Source of the DNA: Balanoglossus misakiensis
Lineage: Eukaryota > Animalia > Hemichordata
Assembly: GCA_040954595.2 (NCBI GenBank)
Contig: CM082594.2
Location: forward strand, 2,064,247 to 2,128,246
Reading direction: 5' to 3'
Length of the DNA: 64,000 nucleotides
The notes under the pieces are model-generated. The model ran no database searches, was not told the DNA's origin, and saw only the letters and a program-made list of their open reading frames with translations. The translations under genes and the position numbers were made by a program. Within the stretch, counting starts at the first letter, position 1. Every line of letters begins with the position of its first letter. Below, one piece after another: positions 1 through 12,830 of the stretch.

Positions 1-530
1 ACGTAATTGATTATTATATCAATTGTTTGCAATAATTAGATACTTTACTCAATCAGCTTTCTGTTGATATCAAACACATCACAGTTTTCATCAGTACAAT
101 TGCACAGAGACATGTTTTGCAAAACCTCACATTTATAGGTGAACAGAACACCATTTTCGTAAGGGTATTTTGACTTATGACGTCACTATGATGTCATGAT
201 TTGTCATATCACTTTTAGTTTGTAATTAATGGAAAGCTTGTTTATTAAGCTTTCTTTTGATACCAAATACATCCCTGTTGTTCGAGGTATATGTTCAGAG
301 AGACAGTATTTTACAAGACTAATTTACCCCCCTACGTCAATTTATATGCACTTTTAGGCTTTCCTACATACGTTACCCAATATAATTTAGAAGCCAATAA
401 CTCGAAAACGCCCCGGTGCCCAGATGGCAAACAAAGTGAATTTTACTCAGTATATGATAGGCTTTCAGAAAAACATTGTCTCGAAAATTTCCCCGGGGGG
501 GGGGGGTAAACCCCTACTGGCTCATACGTA
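1..530 (-). mobile_element. Terminus of a large DNA-transposon-like repeat (possibly Academ-type); continues off the left edge
   Basis: 1-~490 is the near-identical reverse complement of ~53805-54291; both copies have a poly-G/C tract and ggctcat/atgagcc at the tip. Superfamily is inference only. Confidence 0.7.
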
Positions 531-1439
531 GACGTCAGGACACTTGCTGCACCAAATATGTTAAATGATAACTTATTTGAGGATGTCATGTGTGACACCT
601 AGGTGAAGTATCAGATGGAGAAGGCACTTAGGGGACAGTGTGATGGGCTGGGGTTATTCATTTTAGAAAATGTTGTAAAGTGTTGTTTTTTTAAATCCCT
701 GGCCACGCAGTTGCCAAACTTTGTAGGAAACAAATGTGGAAGAGACAATCAGCTCTTAAACACAGAACATCTGTCAAAAAGTCCCTATGTGGTAGCCTCA
801 AAGACATAACCAATGAGTAAAAATTCCCATAATTCGACTGTGACTGTGTACTTAAATAGTTAATACACATAGTACACCTGTTATAGGTCTGAATTCTAGT
901 TGGAGTAAAGAAGTACAAACACGCGAAGAATATTGTGGTTTCTCCATTTGCTACTTCAAGATGGCGCCCTTTTTAGCAGAAGTCATAATATTGACCTCGG
1001 GACATTTCTTCAAGTTGACATACACTTTTTGGCAGGTTAAAGCATGGTTAAAGGTTGTGTTTGAATTAAATTTGTTACTAATGATACCTTTATGTTAAAA
1101 ATACATACCATTTTGCTTAAACATTTCAACCAAGGGACCATGAGAACTCAAGAACATTTTAAAGCACCATGTATATGTACCTGACTTCTGATATTATTAA
1201 AGATTTATCCCAGTGAGCCATTACAACTATGGATTCACCCAAAAGTGTACCCGAAAATATGCAAATGTAACACGTGACCTCATTATATATTCATAATGGC
1301 CACGGTAATATTTTTACTTTTTTCACACATTTTTCAATTTTTATACAATAATTACAAGGAAATGAATTTCTACAGTAATACTATATTCCCAATAAGTCTA
1401 TATATTTTAGTGTGTATTTTTCATTTTACACTTCCTGCA

Positions 1440-2030
1440 TTCACATTTCTCCTGGAAATGAAGTAACAGTTTCATAATAATTGTCAGCTATTGAATATTG
1501 AAATAATAAAACAATGTTAAAAATAGACAGTAAGAATGAGAACCTGGCAGCATTTGTCCACATGGTTTCCAATTAATGATTTCCCATGGGAGGCCTGGCT
1601 GTACACACGAATTTCACCCAGCGCCTTGTCGAGTCTCCTGAAAGTATAGCCTGCATCCCTGGGTAATCCCTCTTTCTTGCTACATCTTTCTCTCTGTATG
1701 CAGAAATGTTAAATTATCAAACTTTTTGACATTATATGTCAAAAGCTGTGGAGGAAAAGCTAGTCGTGACAGTATTCTTAAAAGAGATAAGCAACACAGT
1801 AATCCAGGTAATAACCTTAAGTTTTGCCATTGCTCTGAGCCTCTCTTGATCACATGATGCTCTTGATATATCATTGAATGACGTGCCAGCATCATCATTG
1901 TCACTATCACTGTCATCATGAAGCAGTTCCTGCACAATCTGCTTTTCTAGCAACGCAGCCTCGGCCTCATCAGAGTCTGCCTCCCTCTCCAATCTCACGA
2001 GAGTGAAAAACTCCACAAAATGAATAATAT
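1440..2030 (-). pseudogene. Spliced fragment of a putative Transib/RAG1-like transposase
   Basis: Exons ~2030-1816 and 1693-1544 join in frame: ...RAMAKLK/RERCSKKEGLPRDAGYTFRRLDKALGEIRVYSQASHGKSLIGNHVDKCCQ. This resembles the LD..L....V.RQAYHG.SF.GNHV.K motif I recall from invertebrate RAG1/Transib-related proteins. Truncated on both sides. Confidence 0.4.
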
Positions 2031-2039
2031 TCATTTTGG

Positions 2040-2197
2040 CGAGATTTTTACTTTCATATCCCACAAACGTGATGGAAGATGTGTGTGGTCAAATGTTGAT
2101 TCACTATATATCCGCATGTAGAATATCATAAACAGTGTCTTGTATCAAACATAATTTATGGAAAAAGGGCTGCGAGAGAGAGACTTTGTCCCTTTAA
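2040..2197 (-). mobile_element. Partial TTAA-type (Kolobok-like) MITE
   Basis: Reverse-complement match to the element at 52021-52210; ends gagactttgtccct-ttaa. Confidence 0.6.
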
Positions 2198-4332
2198 ACA
2201 GTATACAAGGAAACTACAAGAATGAAAGATTCTTTTGAACCTGACAGGTGAACAAATAAAAATTAATCAAGTCCAATGTCCAATGTTTAGTAGAAAGTTC
2301 CATAAACTCGGCGAAGGAGGTGACGACACTGTCCAATTAATCGACCTTGGTGGATGTACTCAGCCATAATCTTCAGTTGACTTGTTGTCTGGGCTCAGTA
2401 GTCAGGAATGATCCTGGTTGATTGCCATCCCAGGGAGGATGGGAATCTCGGAAAAGAGGCATTCTTGTATATCGTCATCGTCCGTGAAAACAAGGGGAAA
2501 GGGTATACGTATACTTTTTCGGAAACACTTGCCGGTGGCTGCGAGAGTCTGTCGGGTATTCAAAGCTCGAAAAATGCACTCCTTCTCTTATATTGGTGGG
2601 TGATTTTGGTCAAGTTGTCCCATATTTAAAATAGATTGTCTTCGTTTGTTGAACATCCTTTTCGAACAAGCACGAGTGTCTACTCCGCTTTCCCCGGCCT
2701 GGGATTGGCACCGCCAGGGGTATGTGGGCATAGTTAAACAGTCTCATATTACGTGAAGTTGGAAGTGGCAGGGCCGGGTATAGGGATAATTGGTTATGGG
2801 TAACGGTCGCTCGTGATGGGTAGTCGAGTATGGTATCATAGGTAGTCGGGCATAAGGCTAAAAAATAATTGGTGTTACTTCTTGCAGTGGTGTAGCAATA
2901 AATATCAATTGCGTTCACCTGCTCATTTGAGTTTTCAATTACGTCGGTTCAATTATTAGACACGTTACTATGAGTGAAAGAAATCACACTCAGTTTGCAC
3001 GAACACACATTTTAGGTATTCATTTATGTCTAACATAAGGTTACATTCGCATACATGGTTCAATGTCGCATGAGAAATAAAAAAAACATCGATATTTAAT
3101 ATTCACGACAGCGAACAAACTGTCGTTTTATCGCTATCCGGTTCTTCGGTTGTTGGCGTTGAATTAATCACCACGTTAAACCCCCGTGCGGGGTATAAAA
3201 GACCCCCCAAATCAGTGGCGAATTTTAATGCCGTTTGACTGACAACAGACAACACCAACGATCTTGGCTCTATGAAAATCGGCCCAAACAGGTCCAAGAA
3301 TAAAGAATTACACCACACAACGACAGTAGTTGGCTTTATAAACACACACAACATAAAGTTATCGACGAAAAAGTACACGAGCTTTTGAAACAACGATGAT
3401 TTTGGGAGAAATCTGGTTTCAGTGCTTTTCAGAAGCGTCCCTGGGAAACAATAACCACGCCATTCAAACAGTTGTCAATCGCGTGGAAGTGTAAAGTGTT
3501 CAATTATTTTCTGTGTACATGAGAGCAATTACACAGTCATTATGCACGACGACCACTCCCAAATAAACAACTATACAAACACACGTTAATTCGAACCCCC
3601 GGTACTTTCCGCACCGGGGTTTAAAGTGGCCGAACATCTGGCACCATCACAGGAGATTGGTGATGGCTCCACTAAACGACTGCTCACATGTATACGAATA
3701 ACAATAACTGTTATCATATGCCTATATTCACGTGCCAATGTAAAGTCTATGGGGAAAAGCGCCCTCACATCCGTGCAGTTTTTTTGCTTATCACGCCCCG
3801 GCCCGGTGACCATATTTGGAAGACGCGTTCACTATCCGGATCTAGTTTTGTGTTTATTGCGCGAGATTCGAAAGTTGTCGTTGCTACGTTCGGAATTTAA
3901 TTTTTCTGGTGCGGTGTCAGTGACTAGTGCACTTGCAGTGTGTGTACGTCCTATGCCGCTACCGAATCACATCCTCTTCCGTAATCGCTGCATGTTGTAG
4001 AGCTTTATTTGGAAATATGAATAGTAAAATTGATGATTTGATCTGATTAATGTGTGACTGTCGGCGTCGATCGTCGCGAAGAAAAAATAATGTTTTGCTC
4101 GCGCTCGGCTGTGTGAGTTCGAGCGCGTCTATATCTCACGTGCAATAGAATGTAAACAAATGACATCGTGCATATCAATCCGCAAGAACTGGAGGAATAC
4201 GGCTCTATGCTACGGGATTGATCACTTCAAAACGATAGATAAAAACGTAATATTTACATTCCAAAATATTACAGAATGTGTATTTTTATTAATTTCTTGT
4301 AGATTATCGTTCAATAAGGCATATGATAAAAC

Positions 4333-4452
4333 CTTTACGGCCCTGATACGGGTTTTGCGGCCCTCGGTCGTACGGCGATTCGCGCCCTCCCTGCGGTCGG
4401 GCGCTTCCGCCGTACGACCTCGGGCCGCAAAACCCGTATCAGGGCCGTAAAG
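4333..4452. repeat. ~120-bp hairpin of a putative non-autonomous Crypton-like element
   Basis: ctttacggccctgatacgggttttgcggccc...gggccgcaaaacccgtatcagggccgtaaag; two TC/TC (minus-strand GA/GA) mismatches and a minus-strand CC-GCA-GG loop. Confidence 0.75.
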
Positions 4453-4651
4453 ATTATTATTTGTCCGAGTTCGAGTCGATAAGCCCGTTTTCATAAGTCT
4501 AGCCTTGGATGCAAACTAGGAAAATGGAAGAAACTACATCGGGGAAATGTTTCACACATTCTTAGCAAAAGTCATCCAAATATCAAATGTACGTGTTGTT
4601 ATGATATTAAACTGTTCCCTGATACAAATTAAAGAGTGTTAGACTTAGTTT

Positions 4652-4705
4652 GCGTGCGTGCGCGCGCGCGTGTGTGTGTGTGTGTGTGTACGCGCGCGCG
4701 CGCAC
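4652..4705. repeat. Alternating purine-pyrimidine (GC)n/(GT)n microsatellite
   Basis: tgcgtgcgtgcgcgcgcgcgtgtgtg...tacgcgcgcgcgcgcac. Confidence 0.9.
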
Positions 4706-4807
4706 TGGAGTTGTGAACCGTATCTCAGTTGCACATCTGAAGGCTATCCTAATAAACGGATTTTGAAATAAGTCAGATTAGGGTTAATCCATTTGATTTT
4801 GATTTTA

Positions 4808-5535
4808 TGGACCGTTCAGTTTTTAGGGCTGGGGTGGGGGGGGGGTCGGCATGTTTGTGTCATTGGTTTTCAAAATCAGGCAGACCCGCCTTCACCAAGG
4901 ACCAAAAAATGGCAACCCCCTTTTGACAGGCAAAAAATATGATGACCCCCCCCCCCCCCGAAAACATTAAACAACTACCTGTTGAAGAAAAAGGCTTGTT
5001 TCCAAGAGCGTGCTCGCGGTCCTCATCTTATGTACACTGTAGATAAAGGGAAAGAGGCTCCCCACACTTTAATTATAAATAAAAGGTGTAAAATAGTATA
5101 GTGTTGCGGTAAAGTTAAAATGACAAGTCAATACAATAGTTGGTAGAATTGGTAAAACAAGAACAGAACAAATTAAATCAATGTTGAGGATGACAAATGT
5201 TACTTTTGCCACTCAAAGTTAGCATCGGTAGAGTGGGGTGGCAAGTACTCTGCCCTGGTACACTAGACAAAACAGCCAATAAATGAAATGTGGTGAAGAA
5301 TGGGGTAGGTGTGTTGGTGTGGGAATGGGGTGCCCCCCTCCCACATTAGAAAATTTTGTAAAATAAAGGGCTCAAAACTGCATTTTTGTGGACGCAAGCG
5401 CAAAACTGGGGGGGGGGGGGCAAAAGTATGTGACCCCTCAAACGTTTCGAAAATAAAGATGATTTGGATTTCAAACTTTAAGTGACTCACCCCTGGATTT
5501 TGCCGGCCCTCAGGCTGTAAAAACTTAACGGTCCC
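4808..5535 (+). mobile_element. Non-autonomous PIF/Harbinger-like element
   Basis: TIR ggaccgttcagttttta...taaaaacttaacggtccc flanked by TTA on both sides; homologous to 30348-31499. Confidence 0.75.
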
Positions 5536-7556
5536 TTAGTATGAGCCAAAGTGTTTGAAAGCAATGAAGCATTATGGCATAGTTTTGAGGCAAAGCAAAA
5601 TTTAATTAATTGAGTTTTAAAACACTCGTCAAAATGGGTTACATAACAAATTTAGACCGAACAATGTCTTTATGCAGTTAAGTACTGCTAAACAGCTCAA
5701 CATAAAGTGAGATGCTCCACAGATATGTTCCGACAAATAGCTGCATATGTATTTTGAATTACTTTACAATTTCTTACGTATAATTTTTGATAGTGAACAT
5801 TTGTAGATTAAACCCTCATTTGGGTCATGTTACATAGTGCAAACTCTTTTAGGGTTTCCTGGGCGCTGCGAAAAAAGCACAGACACCCAAGAATATGTGG
5901 GAGTGGACCTTTTCTTATTTCTACAATTTTGGCCAATGTGTCATCATGAAGCGTATGTTTATGATTTTATACAAGAACCTCCTCAGGTGGTGATTGTATG
6001 CGTCTTATAATATATCGAGCATTTAAAACACACTAACCTCGAGTGTTTCAAAAACAGGGTATCCCCCCCCCCCCCCCCAAAGCTGGAAACACTGACCAGG
6101 TGGCAATTTCTTATATTAATGTATTACTTCATTACTTCATTTGGCTTAGTAGAATTAGTATTTTTGAAAAGGCTAGAAGTTATCAGGTTTTAATATGTGT
6201 CGCTTGAATGATAAAAAGTAATCGACTGAAGGAAAAATAGGCGACGATTATAATCCACGTGAGAATACTATGATGATGACTCATCATCCTGAATTGAGAA
6301 AGAAGAAAGAAGTCGTAGTTTATACTGATGGTGAGGGCGCTGTTTGAGATAATTACATGTTTCGGGTACATCAATAGAACTTAGCATTTTGCCTGAAGTA
6401 TGTTGAAGCTCCATCAGCTGCAACTGTTGGGAAATCATCATATACAGATGTATGCACTGAAGTATTATATAGGTATTATAAACCCTAAGTATGAGTGCAT
6501 ATGCAAGTTTGATCCATGGTACATTTCAGCCAACCAAAAAATCGATTGAAAAAAGCTACATGTCAATTTAATATGGTTTCTTCATCTTGATTATTAAATT
6601 TTAGGCTTAGTCTTGGTAACTTCAAAATTGGGATAACTGAAAGAGTGCAATGTTGGAAATGACGTTCGTCGGAGGGAAATTTGAATGGCCACCTTCACAG
6701 CAGCAGTATATAACAATGTCCCATATATCAATCTAATCTCAGATGAAGGATTTGTAATTAAAATCCAGAATTGGGAATTCCTGAGAAAATAAGTTTGCCA
6801 TACTAAAAGAAAACTTTACAAGCAGCAATTTTTGCCAGAAATTAACATACAAAGTTTGCCCCAAATTGTACTTCTTCAATTAAAAATGCCAATAAAGCCA
6901 CCAAATTACCATCAGGGATTCAAACTCGACTGTATCACACTTACTGACTCAAATGCAAATGTAGTGGAATTCTTTTTTACCCGGTGTGCACTCACAGTCC
7001 CCAGGCCTTTCTCTTTGAATTTTACATAAAAGATGGAAAAACATTCACTCATATATATATACACACACACATAAATACCATACATGCAATGCACAGATAC
7101 ATAAAGATGGAAGGCGACTGATCCCAAATCTCCCATCCGTATAAAATGGAAGATGACCAAAGAAAAAAAAATGCCGCTTGTAAAGTTTTCTTTTGGTATG
7201 GCCAATTCTGCATTTTGGTTCTCATACGGAAATGAATCATTTTGCTTTGTGACCCAGACCAATATTTTGATCTGTGCAACACTCTCTATGGTCCAAATTT
7301 GTATTTTTACAGTCTCTTTGATGTCATAATTGCTACAGAAAGAGTATGTATTTGAAGTAGGATTTATATCTGTGACTGACCATAATGACCACAACACTAA
7401 CATTCAGAAAATTCAGAAAAAAAAGAAAACATCTTCCCTATTCAGTTCAGATAACAAACTTTATTGCCTTATTGTGTTGCAAAATTGTGTTGCAACATTC
7501 TTGACACAATTTTATCAGATTATCATCTTTAGGAAATAAGTATTATATATTTAAGC

Positions 7557-7860
7557 AATAAAACATTCCCAGCCATGGTATACCACGAGATTTTGACCAG
7601 TTCACGACATATACGCACGAGCGATAGCGAGTGCGTATATGAAGTCCAACTGGTCAAAATCGAGTGGTATACCATGGCTGGGGGTGTTTTATTGCTATTA
7701 TATTATGCCAGTATATTGAAACTTTGCATAAAACATTTTAAAAAGGCATTTTCTTTGACTATGATATATGACTGTGGTATATGGCTAATATATCACGGTC
7801 ACATGACGTGTCTCGACCAATCAAATGGCGTGATTTACACCATCAATATACTGGTATAAT
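7557..7860 (+). mobile_element. Putative non-autonomous Crypton-like element with terminal hairpin (7557-7693)
   Basis: Long inverted repeat with two GA/GA mismatches and loop C-GA-GC-GATA-GC-GA-G; body ends ...gaccaatc...ctggtataat. Confidence 0.6.
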
Positions 7861-8238
7861 ATAATTATAGGTAATGTGCCGGCTAGGGTGGTCATACTAC
7901 ATCATTGTAATATGACTACATGTAACATTAATTGTATCAGTACTATGCACCAGCTGGATGGTGTACTGTATCAAGTCATCGTCGATGACGTAGTTAACGC
8001 TGATTTTGTGTGTGTTGATTTTTGTGTTGCTTTGTTTTCGGATGTAGCAAATGCAGATTTGTAATAAATGTGCAAAGTTTTTTTTCAGATTTATGCAATT
8101 AGACATACTTCCACAAGGTGGATTTGGGTGCATTTTAATATGTTGTTCTAGACACCTCTCCAAAATGCATTGTGAAGAAAAAAAAATCTGTTGCAATTTG
8201 CGGTGGGTTGGGTGCCCAAATCTCGTAGATTGACTTGA

Positions 8239-8700
8239 CTAACACAGATTAAACAACGGACACTTGGAAGAAGCTTGGGAGTATAAAGGCCAGACGCTTC
8301 CTCCACTCCAGGAACTAAACGTAGCGATGTTGGGAAGACAATTGTTGTCCACTACCAATACATCACATCTGGTTTTAGTGATCTGTTTTGCGAGGTCCTC
8401 TGATTTTAGAGATGTATCGAGTCGAACACAGATCAGTCCAGCTTTGACAGCTCCCAAGTAACCCACTACATATTCGTATTGCCTTCCAACTAGCAGTCCC
8501 AACCTTTCACCTCTTCGCAGACCGAGCTCCATCAAACCAGATGCCAGCCCATCAACCTGACGTCTCAACTCTTTGAAAGTGAATCGCTTGACGGAACCAT
8601 TCTTTCGGTAGTCAGTTATTGCTCCTCTGTCAGGATAACAATCACTGGTTAAATCAAATACGTACCACGTGGTTTATACAAAAGGAAATCTCTGGGACGA
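8239..8700 (-). pseudogene. N-terminal fragment of an AMP-binding acyl-CoA synthetase (ACSF2-like)
   Basis: Frame reads ...YPDRGAITDYRKNGSVKRFTFKELRRQVDGLASGLMELGLRRGERLGLL...YLGAVKAGLICV, typical of adenylate-forming enzymes; in-frame TAA upstream and truncation at 8239. Confidence 0.75.
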
Positions 8701-8851
8701 ATGTGGATTAAAGGGCGACGATAGTCTATGACATGTTACAAGTGAATAGCGCCCTCAATATTTCCTAGGCCTATCTGACAAGCAAGGGTCAATGGGTCTG
8801 CACTGTAAATTGTTCTTTTCACTTCACGCTTTGGACAGTACAATAAACACA

Positions 8852-9783
8852 ATGGCGAAGGAATGGCCAGGTTTCTTCTACAACGGTTGTTACTTCATAA
8901 ACTGTGTCCATAACATAGAGACCGTACAGACCAATCCGATAGACACATGGGACGTAAGACACGACGATATCATCATTGTGACGTATATCAAATCAGGAAC
9001 ATACTGGATGTTGAAGGCCTTAACTAGCATGTATAGTGACCTAAATTTCTTACTGCCAGCCACAAAGAAAACAGTGCGCCTTGACCTACTTTACGAGGAC
9101 GCTGATCATATACCTGGTATGTATGGTGAACATGCAAAGGCTGTGAAGACATCCTTGCAGAAGATGACGTCACCAAGGTTATTATTCTGCCATCTTCTTC
9201 CACAGTTATTCTCAAAGTCATGGGTCAAAGGTGAAAAGATGTGTAAAGTTATACCACAGTGGCCAGAAATCCAAAAGATGTATGCGTGTCGTATTATAGC
9301 TATATGAAATCAATCCCTGGATCGAGATGGATTTGAATTGGAACGACTGGGTTAAGGCTTTCGTTCAGGGAAAAGTGTTGTACGGCTCTTGGTTGGATCA
9401 TGTGTTGGCATGGAAACGATACGCCCAGCAGGACAATGTGCTACACGTCACATTTGAAGATATGAAGAGAGATTTGAAATCTGTGTTGTGCCAGATCACA
9501 GATTTTCTGGATCGTCCGAAGTCAGATGAGGAAATTGAAAAAGTGGCTGAAAGTTGCAGTTTTGTTGCAATGAGTCAAGGGAAGGAAATCTTCCGTCAAT
9601 ATTCAATGGTTGGCGCGGACACACATTCCTTTCCAGATGATGCTCGTCACCAGCGAAGAGGTCAAGTCGGTGATTGGAAAACACTTCACTGTCGCGCAAA
9701 ATGAATTTTTTGATCGAGAAGTTACTGAGAAAGCCGAGGAACATGGATTGAAATTTGTTTATGATATGAGAGACATTCTTTAG
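8852..9783 (+). pseudogene. Intronless cytosolic sulfotransferase (SULT family) with three frameshifts
   Basis: PAPS-binding motifs in successive frames: TYIKSGTYW, VARNPKDVCVSYY, YGSWLDHV, FEDMKRD, RRGQVGDWK, HFTVAQNE...GLKFVYD. Shifts near 9255, 9315 and 9682; final stop TAG at 9781-9783. Confidence 0.85.
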
Positions 9784-9944
9784 TTGTAGAAACATAGAAT
9801 TAAATTTGTCATGATGGAAATTGCACACAGATGATGTTATATTCATTCCAATATGTGAAGTTGCCAGAGCAGGTTCTACTGCAGGAACTTTGTAGCAGAA
9901 TTTCAGCACATGGGAAATTTCACAGATTTCACTTCAACTTTATG

Positions 9945-10045
9945 AGATGCGGTCTATATTGTAGAATATTTGGGCCATCCGAAGTCAGAGGAAGAAGTTA
10001 AGCAAACAGTAGAAAGTTGTAGCTTTGCTGAAATGAGTGAAAAAA
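9945..10045 (+). pseudogene. Short second sulfotransferase remnant
   Basis: Reads EYLGHPKSEEEVKQTVESCSFAEMSEK, paralogous to DFLDRPKSDEEIEKVAESCSFVAMSQ in the upstream gene. Confidence 0.7.
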
Positions 10046-10285
10046 ATGTGACAATGGCCTTACACTAAAAGTTACACTTTATTTCTCAATACTGTTTATC
10101 TTAACTTATCTGAACATAAAACCTCTGCAATGAAGTTACAACGGAGGCAGAGATGCTACATTTTTCTACTGTAACCAGAAAAACAATAGAAATAATGCAC
10201 TGAAAAAAAATATCTGCATTAAGTCATGTGGCATATGGTCAGTCTATATTGCAATGCTGGCAGAAAACGAAGGAAATGTATGATA

Positions 10286-10460
10286 CTGTCAAACCTGACT
10301 GTGTATTTAGTGGCCAGTCAAGGGACTTTCATAAACTGGCCTTTATAGACAGGTGGTCTTTATAGAGAGGTCAATTAATGCATGTGTAATTTGTAAATTG
10401 CACAGGGACCGTAACATAGTGGCCACTATATAGAGGTGGTCACTAACACAGGTTTGACTG
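10286..10460. mobile_element. Tc1/mariner-pogo-type MITE
   Basis: TA-ctgtcaaacctg...caggtttgactg-TA. Confidence 0.65.
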
Positions 10461-10551
10461 TACAAAGATTTGGTAATAATTGATCTTTGCAGTGTCAATG
10501 TCTGACAAAAAACCCCACCAAGTAATATACACAACTCGTCACAGATAGTAC

Positions 10552-12830
10552 AATAGATTTAGCGGTTGATATTTTAGAGAGCAACCTCATTTTGAGGTGA
10601 TATTTCAGCCATCATGCCTCGAAAATGAATATTTGGCGGTACGGTCGTGATATTGACTCTCGGCTACGCCTCGAGACAATATCACGACCTACCTCCAAAT
10701 AAAAATGCAGACAAAACTACAAAATGTAACATTTAAACATCTTAATATTTATTCAATTACATTCAATTTCTATTTTTGAATATGGAATATACAGTTGTTG
10801 TAAACCACACCGGACTTGACGTTGCTGGAGATTTCATGTTCTTTGACGTCGGTATTATCACTTTTAATTGGGGTTTCGCGATGGCTTTTGGTTGCAGCTG
10901 GACCATTTAAGATGTCACTCACCCTCTTCTGATGTTCCTGACTCGAACGCTTGTAATTACGAACACCTTGAAATGTAAACAATAAATCAGTAAATTAAGA
11001 GATCATAAAGTGCATTTACTTTTTAAAACTGTTTTGAAAAAAGGAGATACATGTACTCGCCTTCTACAGAACGATGTCCTGTGCGTTCCATAATCAACTG
11101 TTCATCAACTCCGTTTTGGAAAAGGCTCGTAGCAGCTGTAGCTCTCAGGCTGTGATTGGTAAAGTGACCATTTATCCCAGCTGCTCTAAATAGTTCAGGT
11201 ACCACAAGTTGCAGGGAGTTGTGGCCCATAGCCTGTTTGCTGAACCACACCTTCGACGATTCTTCGTATTTTCGCAAGGGTTGCAAGTAGAACGTACTCT
11301 TTTTCCCATTTGGTGGACACAGCGAAACGTATTTTTTATATAGCCGAACATGACATCTCGCTGGATTATCAGTATTTGCATAATGTTTCACTTCCTTTCG
11401 ACGAACTTTCATGTGTTTTAGTCCACCTTGGTTGCTTTTTGACACGTCTTCCACGTATAGCAGATACGGAGTGTCGCCATCAGGTTCACGCAAAGTAATC
11501 TGAGGTGGGTCAAAGCGAAGCGCACGGTGTTCCTGTCCACTTCTGAGGGCAAAATTTTTCCCATTCAAGAATATCATTGTGCGGACAAGAACCCTGGGGG
11601 AATGGTCGCCTAGTAGTTTCATTTTCCACAGTAAATCGATTTGCTCAGTAGATATTGCCTCAGCCTGTTTCTTGTTTGTTCCGATACCAATGCTAGACAG
11701 TCTCTTCATCTCTGCATCAAGAACCTGACGGAAACCAACAAATTCTTGGTCGGCAAGAAAGTTTGTCCGGGTTTGTCTTTCGAAACATACATAACTTTGC
11801 AAGCCCATTATCAATGAGAGTAAAGTTTTTGGTGGGTAGGGGTGTCCGTCGACTTTCCTCGCCTCCAGTACAAACTTGATAAGCCAATACTGCAAATCGT
11901 CTGTGGACATCGTTTCTATACTACGAGTTATCTTCACTTTCTCATCAGTTGACGACTCGACGCGAATATTATTTCGGGCCATGGCCCATTCGTTGAAAGT
12001 CCGTAGCGCCCACATATTACGGCGTTGAGTATTCTTGGGAATGGAATTTTTTGCAACCCCCTGTACGCAGGAATCCGACACTGGGTCAGCAAACCGCCCT
12101 CTGGGAATGTCCTTTAACGAAATAAAAAATGATTCAATATACATTCTTACTTGCATGTTCAACGACAACGTACACGATAAAAAGGTGAAAATGGCGGAAT
12201 GAATAAAAGAATTCGTGACTCACCGAAGGAATGCTCCTGACTGCTATATCGATATTTTCGAAGCCAAGCTCGTTCAAATATTCTGCTGCTTGTGAGGCTT
12301 CAATTAACTCTTCATCAGAGATATCAGAAAAATCGGGATACACCTCATGCGCCATGCTGCCACTATGACACGTTCAGGTAGAAAGAAATTGTGCCTCGTG
12401 GCCGTGCATTTATATTATAAGATATGCTATTGTGCATATGTAAAACATGCACAGCCAATACAATTGGAAGAAACATTGCATGTGAGCTTATTACTAAACA
12501 ATAATTGGTTGAACTAGGTAATATATGCATCCCAGGTGCAAAACGCTGAATAATTAAATACTTTCCGTAAGTAGGACCATACCATTTTGAAAGATAGGCT
12601 GATATCAACCGCTTAGGGTCCATACAAAAGATGTTTAAACACTGTATTGTCGGTTGAGGGGTGTTTACTTGTAGAGGGGCCTGCACCTTTCACTCGTTGT
12701 GTATGTTAAATATCGTATGACTACCTCGGCGTCATCCATAATATCAACCTCGGACGATTATGGATGTCGCCTCGTTAGTCATACGATATATATACGTAAT
12801 TGTCGGGTGGCAGAATCCATCTGGTATAAT
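10552..12830 (-). mobile_element. Crypton (CryptonA-like) tyrosine-recombinase DNA transposon, apparently autonomous; boundaries approximate
   Basis: Recombinase gene flanked by hairpins at 10631-10700 and ~12710-12788; no TIR/TSD pair seen; ctggtataat at 12821-12830 equals the end of the 7557-7860 element. Confidence 0.7.
10770..12355 (-). CDS. Crypton tyrosine recombinase (DUF3504 / ZMYM-KCTD1-QRICH1-related); exons 12355-12224, 12111-11061, 10966-10770; 459 aa
   Basis: Catalytic set intact: LRSGQEH (R), KSNQGG (K), TNHSLR (HxxR), TGHRS (H), GVRNYKR (Y). Introns gtgagt..aag (phase 0) and gcgagt..caag (phase 1). Spliced length 1380 nt with no stops; minus-strand AATAAA just after the stop. 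Confidence 0.9.

Noticed and set aside
4160-4494. Antiparallel ORFs of 96 and 90 aa
   Set aside because: By-product of the GC-rich palindrome
11023-12168. Bacterial or phage integrase contamination
   Set aside because: The gene has spliceosomal introns and Crypton/DUF3504-type motifs, and is embedded in animal-type sequence
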